Shown: piece after piece, positions 38,298 through 47,671 of the stretch | How positions within the stretch are numbered: position 1 is the stretch's first letter | Layout: every line of letters starts with the position of its first letter | Virus record (IMG/VR): IMGVR_UViG_3300044620_001904 | Coordinates: 31,262-95,261 of that record | Strand: one strand, 5' to 3' | Origin: a virus | DNA: 64,000 nucleotides | Position numbers and translations under genes: made by a program | The notes under the pieces: generated by a model | Database searches by the model: none | Seen by the model: only the letters and a program-made list of their open reading frames with translations | Told to the model about the DNA's origin: nothing

Positions 38298-38649
38298 CTA
38301 AATGTATATTGTTTATATCAACGTAAAATTCGCCAAGTAATCCCATCTTTGAGAATAATTCGTTTAATTTATTTTTCATCAAAAATTTAAATGAATCTGA
38401 ATTATATAATCTATCGAATAAGGTTGCAAAAACACCTTCATAATTTTTTATATAAACATCTAAAAATAGATAGTCTGTTGGTTCTCCGATTCTAATCATT
38501 TTTTTTTGATCTACAATTCTTATGGTATAATCAAATTCAATTGCGGGTTCAGGTGAATGTTCGCTAAACGCGAGAACAGCTCCGCTATATCTGAAAGTCT
38601 TTCTTTCAAAAACCCTATTTAAAGATTTTATTAAAGATTGTTCAATCAT
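38281..38649 (-). CDS. hypothetical protein
   Basis: ORF in operon. Confidence 0.55.
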   Translation of the reverse strand: MIEQSLIKSLNRVFERKTFRYSGAVLAFSEHSPEPAIEFDYTIRIVDQKKMIRIGEPTDYLFLDVYIKNYEGVFATLFDRLYNSDSFKFLMKNKLNELFSKMGLLGEFYVDINNIHLVENEF

Positions 38650-39074
38650 TTTTTAACCCTTCTTATGGAAATAATCTCAACATCTTTCCCTTTATTTTTT
38701 AATGTTATTTCGTTCTCATTTGGATATAATATGTTATTTTCTAATGTTTGCATCTTATCAACTTGTGATTTTTTTGCTTTTACGGTAACCAAAAAATAAT
38801 TTTCATTTCCAGAATCAACAAAATAATGTGATGACATTAAATCCTTTTTTTTATCAGAAAAGTGAGAACCTAACTCATCTGTATTAATATCTTTTTTATC
38901 ATCAACATTCAATATCCTATATAACGTTAATTCTGGTGGTAAATTTTTAATTTTTTCCAAATGATATTCCAATTCCTTTTGAGCGTCTTGATCACTAAAA
39001 CCCATATCGATTTTTAGTAACTTTAACAACCTTTTTTTGTTAATTTGTTCAGATAAAACGCTGATTAATTTCAT
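38646..39074 (-). CDS. possible ADP-ribosyltransferase-fold protein
   Basis: LYR..HFS..ENEI resembles the R-S-ExE triad. Confidence 0.35.
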   Translation of the reverse strand: MKLISVLSEQINKKRLLKLLKIDMGFSDQDAQKELEYHLEKIKNLPPELTLYRILNVDDKKDINTDELGSHFSDKKKDLMSSHYFVDSGNENYFLVTVKAKKSQVDKMQTLENNILYPNENEITLKNKGKDVEIISIRRVKK

Positions 39075-39273
39075 AAATAATAAATATTATGAATTATTTT
39101 TTTGTTTTCACGTTGTTATCATATAACTCAAAATAAAATTCTTCCATTGAGAAATACAATCTTTTAGCCTTTTTATCTCTAACAAGATAACTTAACTCAA
39201 CTAACTTGTCATGGTTAGTCAGTGGAACCGAAATAATTTTAGATTTTCCCATATTAGGCAAAGATACGAAAAA

Positions 39274-39405
39274 TTATCTTCCTTGTCCCCTATATTTTTT
39301 TGGTTTTTCCGCTTTTGGTCCGTATTTTTTTTTGAATTTCCCTGTTCTTTTGGAACCGAACGACACTTTTCCTACGTTAGCGTTTGTTTTTGTTTTAGTT
39401 GCCAT
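39274..39405 (-). CDS. small basic peptide MATKTKTN...KKYRGQGR (43 aa; not in ORF track)
   Basis: translated by hand; TATTTATA motif upstream. Confidence 0.6.
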   Translation of the reverse strand: MATKTKTNANVGKVSFGSKRTGKFKKKYGPKAEKPKKYRGQGR

Positions 39406-39522
39406 AATCTTTTTATTTTATAAATATGCAACAAATAAAAAAAGGGACAGTAGCGAATTGTCCCTTTTAAATAGCCGTCCTTCAAAACGGTCCTAAGACC
39501 CCTATACAAAAAAAGGGGAATA

Positions 39523-40050
39523 TTATTTTCCTTTAATCAACATAAGACACCTTTTAAGGTATTCTTTTGTTCTTGGGGAAGGAGTTATTTCATCGTTTCT
39601 TGATTGTAAAGTTAATACCTTTTCAATGTCTTTAACCAATTCATCACCGTGTTCATTTTCCTTATAAAGTTCAATGATTTTTTCTATCGCCGGCTGACAG
39701 ATACTAGAAGTTTCATCATAATAATTTTTATTACGAAATTTATTTAGGTGATTAAGCAAGTCAAAAGACAAATGTTCTCCACCATCTTTGATGTGTTTGT
39801 TTAATCTTATTGTTTTAAGAAGGTCTAATGTATCAATAATACCAGTTACACCACCATTTCTTTTGGTTATTGAATCTGAATATGGTCTGAAACTATCAGA
39901 ATCACCATTAATTTCGTCTAATGAATATGTATTTGTCGTAAGACATCTTTGTTTTACCTCATTTCTTTCAGCTTCAGATTTTTCTTCTTCAGAAATAACT
40001 CTTTGGACAATACGTCTTAAATCGCTTTCTTTTAGTTTAATTACTTTCAT
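39523..40050 (-). CDS. hypothetical protein
   Basis: MKVIKLKESDLRRIV N-terminus. Confidence 0.6.
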   Translation of the reverse strand: MKVIKLKESDLRRIVQRVISEEEKSEAERNEVKQRCLTTNTYSLDEINGDSDSFRPYSDSITKRNGGVTGIIDTLDLLKTIRLNKHIKDGGEHLSFDLLNHLNKFRNKNYYDETSSICQPAIEKIIELYKENEHGDELVKDIEKVLTLQSRNDEITPSPRTKEYLKRCLMLIKGK

Positions 40051-40097
40051 AAAAATGCACTTTGACTATAAATATTCAGATAAGTGCAAATTTCAAA

Positions 40098-40322
40098 TTA
40101 ATTTTCATCTTCTGAATTTTCAGAATTTGAGGTAAACTTGTTAAACTTGAAATCTAACCATATTTCCCAAATGAAAAAATAAACAAACCATTGTAATTTT
40201 TCTAACGGATATCCCTGAGGGTTTTTTAGATTTGCTATTAAATATATTATAAAGTATCCTGCGATTAATATATTTACGAGTATTATTACTAATCCAACGA
40301 TAAAATTTAAGGTTTTGTTCAT
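40098..40322 (-). CDS. small membrane protein
   Basis: hydrophobic helices. Confidence 0.5.
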   Translation of the reverse strand: MNKTLNFIVGLVIILVNILIAGYFIIYLIANLKNPQGYPLEKLQWFVYFFIWEIWLDFKFNKFTSNSENSEDEN

Positions 40323-40705
40323 AATTTGATATTAAATCTGTTTTTCATTCTGTTTAGTGATTCCTGTGGTACGTTATGGATATCTTTTCCATCGTGTCTA
40401 TTTTCTACGATCAAAGATATGACCATATATCCATATTTTTCAGCTAATTTATAATAATGTTCCATTTCCCACTCTTCTGTGAACGTGTTAGCCACCGCTA
40501 ATTTGGTTATCCCTTGTTCCATAACAAATTTAACCCTATCTTGACAAGACTTATGAGCGTCTTTTAATTTTGAAGGATCAAACTTATATTCACCATCAAC
40601 GATAAAATAATCGTCCGCTTCAAATGTCGGTAGACCTAATTTTTTAGCTACTGTTGATTTACCTGAGCCAGGGCATCCTCTTAAAAGCACCAATGTTTTA
40701 TTCAT
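40319..40705 (-). CDS. P-loop kinase (AAA_33 / polynucleotide kinase-like)
   Basis: LRGCPGSGKST..EADDYF..VANTF..HNVP. Confidence 0.85.
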   Translation of the reverse strand: MNKTLVLLRGCPGSGKSTVAKKLGLPTFEADDYFIVDGEYKFDPSKLKDAHKSCQDRVKFVMEQGITKLAVANTFTEEWEMEHYYKLAEKYGYMVISLIVENRHDGKDIHNVPQESLNRMKNRFNIKL

Positions 40706-40747
40706 AATACAAATTTACATTATTTATTTTTAATAAACAAATCAAAG

Positions 40748-41155
40748 TTGATGAATATTTATAATAAAATTAAAATTATGAATGATTATCTGAGCCAACT
40801 TATTAAAAGAATTATTATTGAAGAATTTGAGAATGATAATACTAAAATGCCGATTTTGGAGGGTAAATTAATTCACGAAGACGAATATGGTTCTGTAGAG
40901 TTAATTAACGAAGCCAAATACAAAGGTAAAAAAGTTACCCTTAACAAACCATTCTATACACCAGGTGGTCCTAAAAAAAGATCGGTATATGTTAAGAATG
41001 AAAAGGGTAACGTGGTTAAAGTAAATTTTGGCGATCCGAATATGAAAATCAAAAAAAGTGATCCTAAAAGAAGAAAATCTTTTAGAGCTAGACACAATTG
41101 TGATAATCCAGGCCCCAAGACTTCTGCGAAATACTGGAGCTGTCGTGCGTGGTAA
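40748..41155 (+). CDS. conserved phage protein (RRKSFRARHNC..YWSCRAW family)
   Basis: motif recognisable from large-phage proteins. Confidence 0.65.
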   Translation: MMNIYNKIKIMNDYLSQLIKRIIIEEFENDNTKMPILEGKLIHEDEYGSVELINEAKYKGKKVTLNKPFYTPGGPKKRSVYVKNEKGNVVKVNFGDPNMKIKKSDPKRRKSFRARHNCDNPGPKTSAKYWSCRAW

Positions 41156-42136
41156 TTAAGATCGATTCATAATCCAGTCAGGAAAAATATCATTCATAGT
41201 TAAACTTATTTCTCTATTTTGAACTACTTCTTCAGCAACATCCTCATAATTTTGAGGTATAGCTTCATTAATTATCCCTATCGCCGCATTAGGTCTATCT
41301 ACCATAGGTAACTCTAAAGTAACTAACTCATTTTCATATCGATATTCGTTTTCTAGACTTTTCAAGTCATCGGGTACCAGGTCATAATTTGATTTACCGA
41401 GTATAATTTCTCTTTTGATTACATCAATACATTCTTCATCCAAACCTGAAAATATGGAGTCAATCCTAATATCTTCACTATTCCAAAAACTTACTTCCAT
41501 GCCATCTAAATGACAATGCATTGCGACTTTTTTACCGCTTTTTCTGTTTATACAATAAATTAAAACTCCTCTATAATATTTGTAAAAATACTCGGGATTA
41601 TTTTTATTTGTGGTACACCATTTTGTTGTTGATCCATATTTCTTTGATGCTTCATAAGTTAAAGGTTTTATCAAAAACCAACCTGTTTGATTATTATCAA
41701 GTAAAACAATTGATTGAGATTCAAGTTCTTTGCTCCAAGATTTAATTTCAACTAATGAAACTATATTATTAAGTTGCTCAAATGATTTAATTTTTGTTAT
41801 ATCATTTTCTTCAATTAAATTTCTTTCATTATATTGTGCAAACTCTCTAATCAATTTGTAATCATCTCTTTCAATGAAGCCCCCAACAAATCTAGTAAAA
41901 AATAATAATTCTTGATCTGACATCTTTTCTATAATATCTAAAGGGACGCCATATGAAATTAATTCATTTTTAAATTCTTCATAAATAAATCTTTGATTAG
42001 ATATTTTGTTTTTAATCAAATTTAGAAATAACTCGTAATACTTTGGTTTAAAATCACAAAGCATAATTTGAATATAATCTAAAACACTTTTATCAAATGC
42101 TGGATTTTGTTTTTTGAGTTCGTTAATTCTTGACAT
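41156..42136 (-). CDS. hypothetical protein
   Basis: 326 aa; PLTYEASKKYGSTTKWCT motif. Confidence 0.6.
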   Translation of the reverse strand: MSRINELKKQNPAFDKSVLDYIQIMLCDFKPKYYELFLNLIKNKISNQRFIYEEFKNELISYGVPLDIIEKMSDQELLFFTRFVGGFIERDDYKLIREFAQYNERNLIEENDITKIKSFEQLNNIVSLVEIKSWSKELESQSIVLLDNNQTGWFLIKPLTYEASKKYGSTTKWCTTNKNNPEYFYKYYRGVLIYCINRKSGKKVAMHCHLDGMEVSFWNSEDIRIDSIFSGLDEECIDVIKREIILGKSNYDLVPDDLKSLENEYRYENELVTLELPMVDRPNAAIGIINEAIPQNYEDVAEEVVQNREISLTMNDIFPDWIMNRS

Positions 42137-42140
42137 ATCT

Positions 42141-43181
42141 TTATTTATTAAATCTTTTAAGTGCGTTTTCGGTTATTTTAACGTAGTTTGAATTTTTGAA
42201 GGTTTCTAAGGTAGATGAATTTGTGTATGACATTGCGGATGATAAATAATCGTTAAAATTTGCAACCCACTGTGATACCGTGTATTCAACTTTATTAAAT
42301 TTAACAATTCCTTCTGAGGTTTTCAATACCTGCCGACCCCATTTTTTTTGAACCTGTTTGGTTGACATACCTCTAAATGATTTATAAAGATTTTTTCTCA
42401 AAAATGGAATGTTGTTCCAAATATATTCTGATATATTCTGCGATAACCTAAAAAATTTGAATAGATAATTTTTACCGCACGATTCCAAGGACTTGTTTAA
42501 AATTCCGCCTAACATTACATAATCAGCACCTAATGCCAAGGCTTTAATAATATCATCATAATTTTTGAATCCTCCATCTGCAACTATTTTGGTGGTATAT
42601 CCTTCGTCTTTTTTATGTTGATAACATTCATTAATCAATGACGCCATCGGATAATGAACTCCTGTGTTTGCCGATGTTAAACATCCTGATCCCCCACCAA
42701 TTCCTACTCTAATATAATCAACCCCTAATTTGGCGTAAGCTTTAAATGCTGCCGGGTTTGCAATATTTCCAATCATAATTGTGTGACCTAAATCCTTTCT
42801 TTGAAATGACACAAATCTTTCAACCAAATCATATAATCTTCGCATATGACCGTTCGCGATATCAATTAAGATATTTGGTTGATATTTCGGATAAATTCCA
42901 ATTGAATAATCTTCTAAAAAACTTTCAAACTCATCTAGTGACAATGATGTAAATATTTTTCCTTTTTTTGAATTTACTTTTACACCTCTTGGTAGACAAA
43001 CAATCGTCGCATTGTCTTCAAATATCTTATAATTGTCTTTATCAACTACGGTATCCATTGGTGATACCATAATGGGTAGATAATGTTCCTCGGTAAAAAT
43101 ATCTACTTCTTTTCTTGAGGAAATTTCTGTTAAAGGTTCAGGCACAAGGACTATATCCTTGAAATCAAACTTGTTTGTCAT
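42141..43181 (-). CDS. guaC: GMP reductase / IMPDH-family protein
   Basis: SPMDTV, IDIANGH, VGIGGGSGCLT, ADGG, GADYVMLG, FRGMS, SEG; no CBS domains. Confidence 0.8.
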   Translation of the reverse strand: MTNKFDFKDIVLVPEPLTEISSRKEVDIFTEEHYLPIMVSPMDTVVDKDNYKIFEDNATIVCLPRGVKVNSKKGKIFTSLSLDEFESFLEDYSIGIYPKYQPNILIDIANGHMRRLYDLVERFVSFQRKDLGHTIMIGNIANPAAFKAYAKLGVDYIRVGIGGGSGCLTSANTGVHYPMASLINECYQHKKDEGYTTKIVADGGFKNYDDIIKALALGADYVMLGGILNKSLESCGKNYLFKFFRLSQNISEYIWNNIPFLRKNLYKSFRGMSTKQVQKKWGRQVLKTSEGIVKFNKVEYTVSQWVANFNDYLSSAMSYTNSSTLETFKNSNYVKITENALKRFNK

Positions 43182-43182
43182 T

Positions 43183-43635
43183 TTAAGATTTTTTTGAAAG
43201 GGTTTCTAACTCTTCAAAAGATAATAAACCTCTTCCAAATTGTCCAATTCTTTGACTATATCTTATTTTAACTCTTTCTGAAATTGGTAATGATTGTCCA
43301 TCATCATCAATTCTAACAAATTTTATTTCTGTTTTTGTTACAACTTCCTGTTCTCCTGTATAAACATTATGTTTTCTAACTTCAATATTTAAAGTAACAG
43401 AAGTTCTTCCGAAATCTTTTACTTCTCCATAAATCTTTATAAGATTTCCAACTTTTATTGGTCTTTTGAAAATCAATTCATTGATTTTAACTGTCACCAT
43501 TCTTGGCGTATCGCAAATTTGACAAGCGTAAGCGGCGGCGGCTTCATCTATCCATCCCATCATTTTTCCACCAAATAAATTACCGTGAACTCCAATATCA
43601 GGTGACATACATATTTTTGTTGTAATCAATTCCAT
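43183..43635 (-). CDS. acyl-CoA thioesterase (hotdog fold)
   Basis: HGNLFGGKMMGWIDEAAA..MVT..F..PI..G..GRTS. Confidence 0.9.
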   Translation of the reverse strand: MELITTKICMSPDIGVHGNLFGGKMMGWIDEAAAAYACQICDTPRMVTVKINELIFKRPIKVGNLIKIYGEVKDFGRTSVTLNIEVRKHNVYTGEQEVVTKTEIKFVRIDDDGQSLPISERVKIRYSQRIGQFGRGLLSFEELETLSKKS

Positions 43636-43724
43636 AATTATTAATTAATACGAACCACTTATATTTGTTTAATTTTTTCTGTGGTATTGTGGTAAATATA
43701 TGTAGTTTTTTTGATTTATTCAAT

Positions 43725-43957
43725 CACTAATAATTACTAAATTTGTAAGCGTCTTCCAACTGTAGCAGGTAATCCTTGTGCACCGGTAAGGTGTAACACC
43801 CTTCAATTTGTAAGCTTCTTCCAACAAAATATGTGATGTATCCGACGAATCCTATGGTGTAACACCCTTCAATTTGTAAGCTTCTTCCAACCATTTGGTC
43901 AACCATATCCCGAAGCTTGTTGGTGTAACACCCTTCAATTTGTAAGCTTCTTCCAAC
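43725..43957. CRISPR. mini CRISPR array with type VI-B-like 36-nt repeats; no cas gene recognised in the window
   Basis: GGTGTAACACCCTTCAATTTGTAAGCTTCTTCCAAC at 43790, 43856 and 43922, a partial copy ending at 43760, and unique spacers of 29/30/30 nt. Confidence 0.8.
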
Positions 43958-44214
43958 CAATCCTTTATAATTAACTGAATATCATCATAATTAAGGTAAA
44001 AATACCGTTCCAATTTTGACCAAATATCTTTATGACTTACCCGAACCCTCTCATTTTTCTTATCGTATTCCATAAATATATGATTTTCGGAATCAGCATA
44101 AAATAATGAATTTGGATATTCTGAACTAATTTTTGGTGTTAAATTTCCAAATGATTTTGTTAAATATAATTTAACGACTCTAACTAATTTTGGTCTATCG
44201 ATTATTATGTTCAT
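43852..44214 (-). CDS. hypothetical protein whose C-terminus (WLEEAYKLKGVTP twice) is encoded by the array repeats
   Basis: 120-aa ORF reading through repeat-spacer-repeat in frame. Confidence 0.65.
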   Translation of the reverse strand: MNIIIDRPKLVRVVKLYLTKSFGNLTPKISSEYPNSLFYADSENHIFMEYDKKNERVRVSHKDIWSKLERYFYLNYDDIQLIIKDWLEEAYKLKGVTPTSFGIWLTKWLEEAYKLKGVTP

Positions 44215-44690
44215 TTTTTATTTAACAACTTCTTTAACAAATCTTCTTTCGTTAAATAATCAGAATTTTGTCTACTATTCTTAACAATTTTTTTAGTTTC
44301 TTGTAGTTTTGGTTTGTCCTCAACTTTTACCAAAGAAATTTCATTCATAACAATTTTTGGTTTGTCATTTTCTTTTTGTTCTTGAACCACAACATTAACT
44401 TTCTTATCGGCACCAACAACAAACTCAGAATTCCAAGGTTCGAAATGAACATCATCTGCAATTATTTCAAGTTTCAATAACCCTTTATCCCCTTCATTTA
44501 ATATACCCTTCAATTTAGGTAATTCAAATTCGCAAACTCCGTTATCAAAGATTTTACCCTTAAAAAGATAGGCCATTTCATCGTTTATTTCCAATATTAC
44601 CCTAGCTTGAGATTTTTCTAAAGATGTTCCTTCTACTTGTATAGAACACTGAAACTTATTGATTTTATCTGTAAATAATTTGTAACTCAT
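44211..44690 (-). CDS. hypothetical phage protein
   Basis: 159-aa ORF. Confidence 0.6.
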   Translation of the reverse strand: MSYKLFTDKINKFQCSIQVEGTSLEKSQARVILEINDEMAYLFKGKIFDNGVCEFELPKLKGILNEGDKGLLKLEIIADDVHFEPWNSEFVVGADKKVNVVVQEQKENDKPKIVMNEISLVKVEDKPKLQETKKIVKNSRQNSDYLTKEDLLKKLLNKK

Positions 44691-44691
44691 A

Positions 44692-45006
44692 TTATAATAT
44701 AACTTTAACGTTTATTTTTTGAACTTCTTTAATAAATAGTTCCATTTCTTTTATTGTCACTTTTGTTTTTTTATTTTTTACTTTATTTGATTTTACTTCA
44801 ACTTCATAACCATTTTGTTTTTTTAACTTAACAATTAGACTTATCAGAATTTTTTTTTCGTCTTCTGTTAATTTTTTTAAAACTTTTGACGGTCTAACCG
44901 CGCCCCCTTCTTGTATTTTTTGAATTAAACAACCTTCAATCCAAGTAATAGGAGCGGTATCCCAACTAAAATCAGCATCATCCCATGCGTAACAAATTGT
45001 TGCCAT
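44692..45006 (-). CDS. hypothetical protein
   Basis: 104-aa ORF. Confidence 0.55.
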   Translation of the reverse strand: MATICYAWDDADFSWDTAPITWIEGCLIQKIQEGGAVRPSKVLKKLTEDEKKILISLIVKLKKQNGYEVEVKSNKVKNKKTKVTIKEMELFIKEVQKINVKVIL

Positions 45007-45059
45007 AAACTATATTATAAGTATTTATAAACATAACAAAACAATTATCATTTTTTTGA

Positions 45060-46451
45060 ATGTCAAATATTTCGGGACAATTAATAAAAGATTCATTTAA
45101 CTATGTCCTACAATCTGATTTAGTATCAGGTGTGGTATTTAGAATCGGGGGATCTGTTCCTGTAAATCCAAAATTCACATCAGGTCTAACAGTAAATGCA
45201 AATTTTACATATTCTGATGGTTCTGAATTTCCTGGATATGTTTTGACATGCGATGCTTTGGGAAATGCTGTTTGGGCTCCTGTTTCGGGAGCAACATCAG
45301 GTGTTGTGATCACAGGTGGAACTTTCGATTATTCGGTTGGAACCTTACAATTAAGAAATTCTAATGGAACAAGTGTAACAATAACAGGTTTAACTGACAC
45401 TTATGTTACAGGTGGCACAGTTTCAGGAACATCTATTATTTTTAGTTATAACGATACAAATACTTTTCAGGTTACGGGTATTACTCCTTATAATTTATTT
45501 TCATCTTATACCGCATCTACTCAAGTTACAATTAATAATAAATTAGATGTAAGCGGATTTACCGCATATACAGCTACCACGCAACCATTAATATTAAATT
45601 CTGTAACGGGCGGAACTTATTCAGGTGGAACACTTTTATTAATCAATAACTCAGGTACAACGATACCGATTACAGGTTTCACAACAGGAGGAACATCAAC
45701 AACAGACACATTTGTGACGGGGTTTAGTTATAATAACAATCAAATTATACTAAGTCAAAATAGGACTGATACTTTTTCATCATTCACAGTCACACTTTCA
45801 GGTCTAGTACAGAATGATGTATTCTCATCTTATACCGCATCCACTCAAGTTACAATTAATAATAAATTAGATGTAAGCGGATTTACCGCATATACAGCTA
45901 CCACGCAACCATTAATATTAAATGCAGTTACAGGTGGAACATATTCGGGTGGAACACTTTATCTAATTAACAATTCTGGAATAACAATCTCCATCACAGG
46001 ATTTTCAAATTTGCAATATTTTATTTCAGCAACAACACCAACACAAATTGTAAATTCGGGGGATAGATGGTTTAACACAACAACAGGTATTGAATTAGTT
46101 TATATTGATGATGGTGATTCAAAACAGTGGATACAACCATTTTCTGTACCAGGACCCGAAGGGCAAAACATTCACTCAACAACAGGGATCACGTCATCAC
46201 AAACAATAACTTGGGACAAAACATATTGGGGAATAAGTGCAAATACTCAAGTCAATTTAACATTACCTACAACTTCATCAAAGGATGGTTATTATTTAAT
46301 TATCAAAGACGAATCCGGTTTTTGCGGTAATTATAGAATAAGATTGACACCTTCAGTGGGATTAATAGATGGTAATAATTACGTTGATATGAACATAAAC
46401 TATATGTCTCTGACTTGTATGGTTAGAAACGGAAATTGGTATTTAATATGA
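45060..46451 (+). CDS. Thr/Gly-rich fibre-like virion protein
   Basis: VTGGTYSGGTL repeats; internal duplication. Confidence 0.6.
   Translation: MSNISGQLIKDSFNYVLQSDLVSGVVFRIGGSVPVNPKFTSGLTVNANFTYSDGSEFPGYVLTCDALGNAVWAPVSGATSGVVITGGTFDYSVGTLQLRNSNGTSVTITGLTDTYVTGGTVSGTSIIFSYNDTNTFQVTGITPYNLFSSYTASTQVTINNKLDVSGFTAYTATTQPLILNSVTGGTYSGGTLLLINNSGTTIPITGFTTGGTSTTDTFVTGFSYNNNQIILSQNRTDTFSSFTVTLSGLVQNDVFSSYTASTQVTINNKLDVSGFTAYTATTQPLILNAVTGGTYSGGTLYLINNSGITISITGFSNLQYFISATTPTQIVNSGDRWFNTTTGIELVYIDDGDSKQWIQPFSVPGPEGQNIHSTTGITSSQTITWDKTYWGISANTQVNLTLPTTSSKDGYYLIIKDESGFCGNYRIRLTPSVGLIDGNNYVDMNINYMSLTCMVRNGNWYLI
45501..45975 (+). repeat. intragenic direct repeat (~100 bp near-identical, extending to ~150 bp) at 45501 and 45825
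   Basis: TCATCTTATACCGCATC..CAACCATTAATATTAAAT occurs twice; related copy near 47820-47900. Confidence 0.85.
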
Positions 46452-47671
46452 GTTTTATATATAACAATGAGGTAAAATATTCTGATAGTTCGAATTTAGA
46501 TGCTTTCGGTAGATTAAGAACAAGTAATGTAACTTCACTTCTTGAGTATAAACACGTATATGATAAATTACCAATTGTTATCAATGAGGTAACGGCAGGA
46601 ACTGCAACTTCAATATTTGATAAACCAAACTCTCAAGTTGTAATGAGCGTTTCAACCACAAATGACTATGTGATAAGACAAGGAGTTGCAAGGGGTATTT
46701 ACCAACCAGGTAAAGGACAAATTTTTGAAGCGAGTTTTAGTAGTTTTCAACTACAAACTAATGTTATAAAACGAGTTGGGTATTTTACGACTAGTAGCAC
46801 AGCTCCTTATAATTCAGTAATAGATGGTTTTTTGTTGGAATCAAATGGTCAAACAAATATAATATCATTTCAAATATGGCAAAGTGGAACAACGACATTT
46901 AGCGCCGCAACTTCATCTTGGTCAACAACAGATTACGATGTTACAAATATAAATTGGTCTAAAACTCAACTTATGTTTGTCGATTTTCAATGGCTAGGTG
47001 TTGGTAGGGTCAGATTTGGACTCGTTATAGACGGTCAATTTAAATTATTTACTGCCGCTACTGGCACAAATAATTTAAATAATGTTTATATGAAATCTCC
47101 TAACCAACCGATCAGGTATGAAATAAGAAGCGTCTCTGGTGGAGCGGCGGGAACATTTAATATGATATGTTCTCAAATATCATTGGAGGGGTCTATAAAC
47201 TCGCTTCAAAAATCATCGTCAGTTACCGCATTTACGGCACAAACTAAATCTACGGCATATGTTACATATCCTATTTTAGGTTATAGATTAAATAGTAATT
47301 ATGAAGGCGCTAATATAACATTAAGTGATATTCAAAGTTTGAATATCACTAACCCATCAAAGGCTGACTATCTAATAACGGTTCAATACAATCCTACGTT
47401 AAGTTCATCGTCTTCTTGGACGGATATTTCTAATACGCCTATTCAGTATGCGTTATCGACAGGTCAAACAATTACCACTGAAGGACATATAATAACCTCT
47501 TTTTTAGGTTCAGGTTCAGGAACACAAGTAGATAATTTCGAGTTCAAAGATAATATGATTAAACCAGGTATTAAAGTTAACGGTACTGCCGACGAAATTT
47601 GGATTTGTGTAAAATCTACACTTGCCAGTCAAGATTTCAGAACATCAATAAATTTAAGTTATTTTGACTAA
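46436..47671 (+). CDS. phage structural/tail-associated protein
   Basis: DAFGRLRTS..YQPGK..DFQWLGVGRVRFG motifs; located among fibre-like genes. Confidence 0.6.
   Translation: MVFNMSFIYNNEVKYSDSSNLDAFGRLRTSNVTSLLEYKHVYDKLPIVINEVTAGTATSIFDKPNSQVVMSVSTTNDYVIRQGVARGIYQPGKGQIFEASFSSFQLQTNVIKRVGYFTTSSTAPYNSVIDGFLLESNGQTNIISFQIWQSGTTTFSAATSSWSTTDYDVTNINWSKTQLMFVDFQWLGVGRVRFGLVIDGQFKLFTAATGTNNLNNVYMKSPNQPIRYEIRSVSGGAAGTFNMICSQISLEGSINSLQKSSSVTAFTAQTKSTAYVTYPILGYRLNSNYEGANITLSDIQSLNITNPSKADYLITVQYNPTLSSSSSWTDISNTPIQYALSTGQTITTEGHIITSFLGSGSGTQVDNFEFKDNMIKPGIKVNGTADEIWICVKSTLASQDFRTSINLSYFD

Noticed and set aside
39430-39520. GC-rich intergenic hairpins (also 11960-12060 and 30800-30900)
   Set aside because: Explicable as terminators or UTR stems; too little evidence for distinct ncRNAs
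43727-43960. 77-aa ORF with VGRSLQIEGCYT repeats
   Set aside because: Alternative reading frame of the CRISPR repeats
43183-45006. cas genes near the array
   Set aside because: Neighbours are a thioesterase and small hypotheticals; no Cas1/Cas13-sized ORF or HEPN pair recognised
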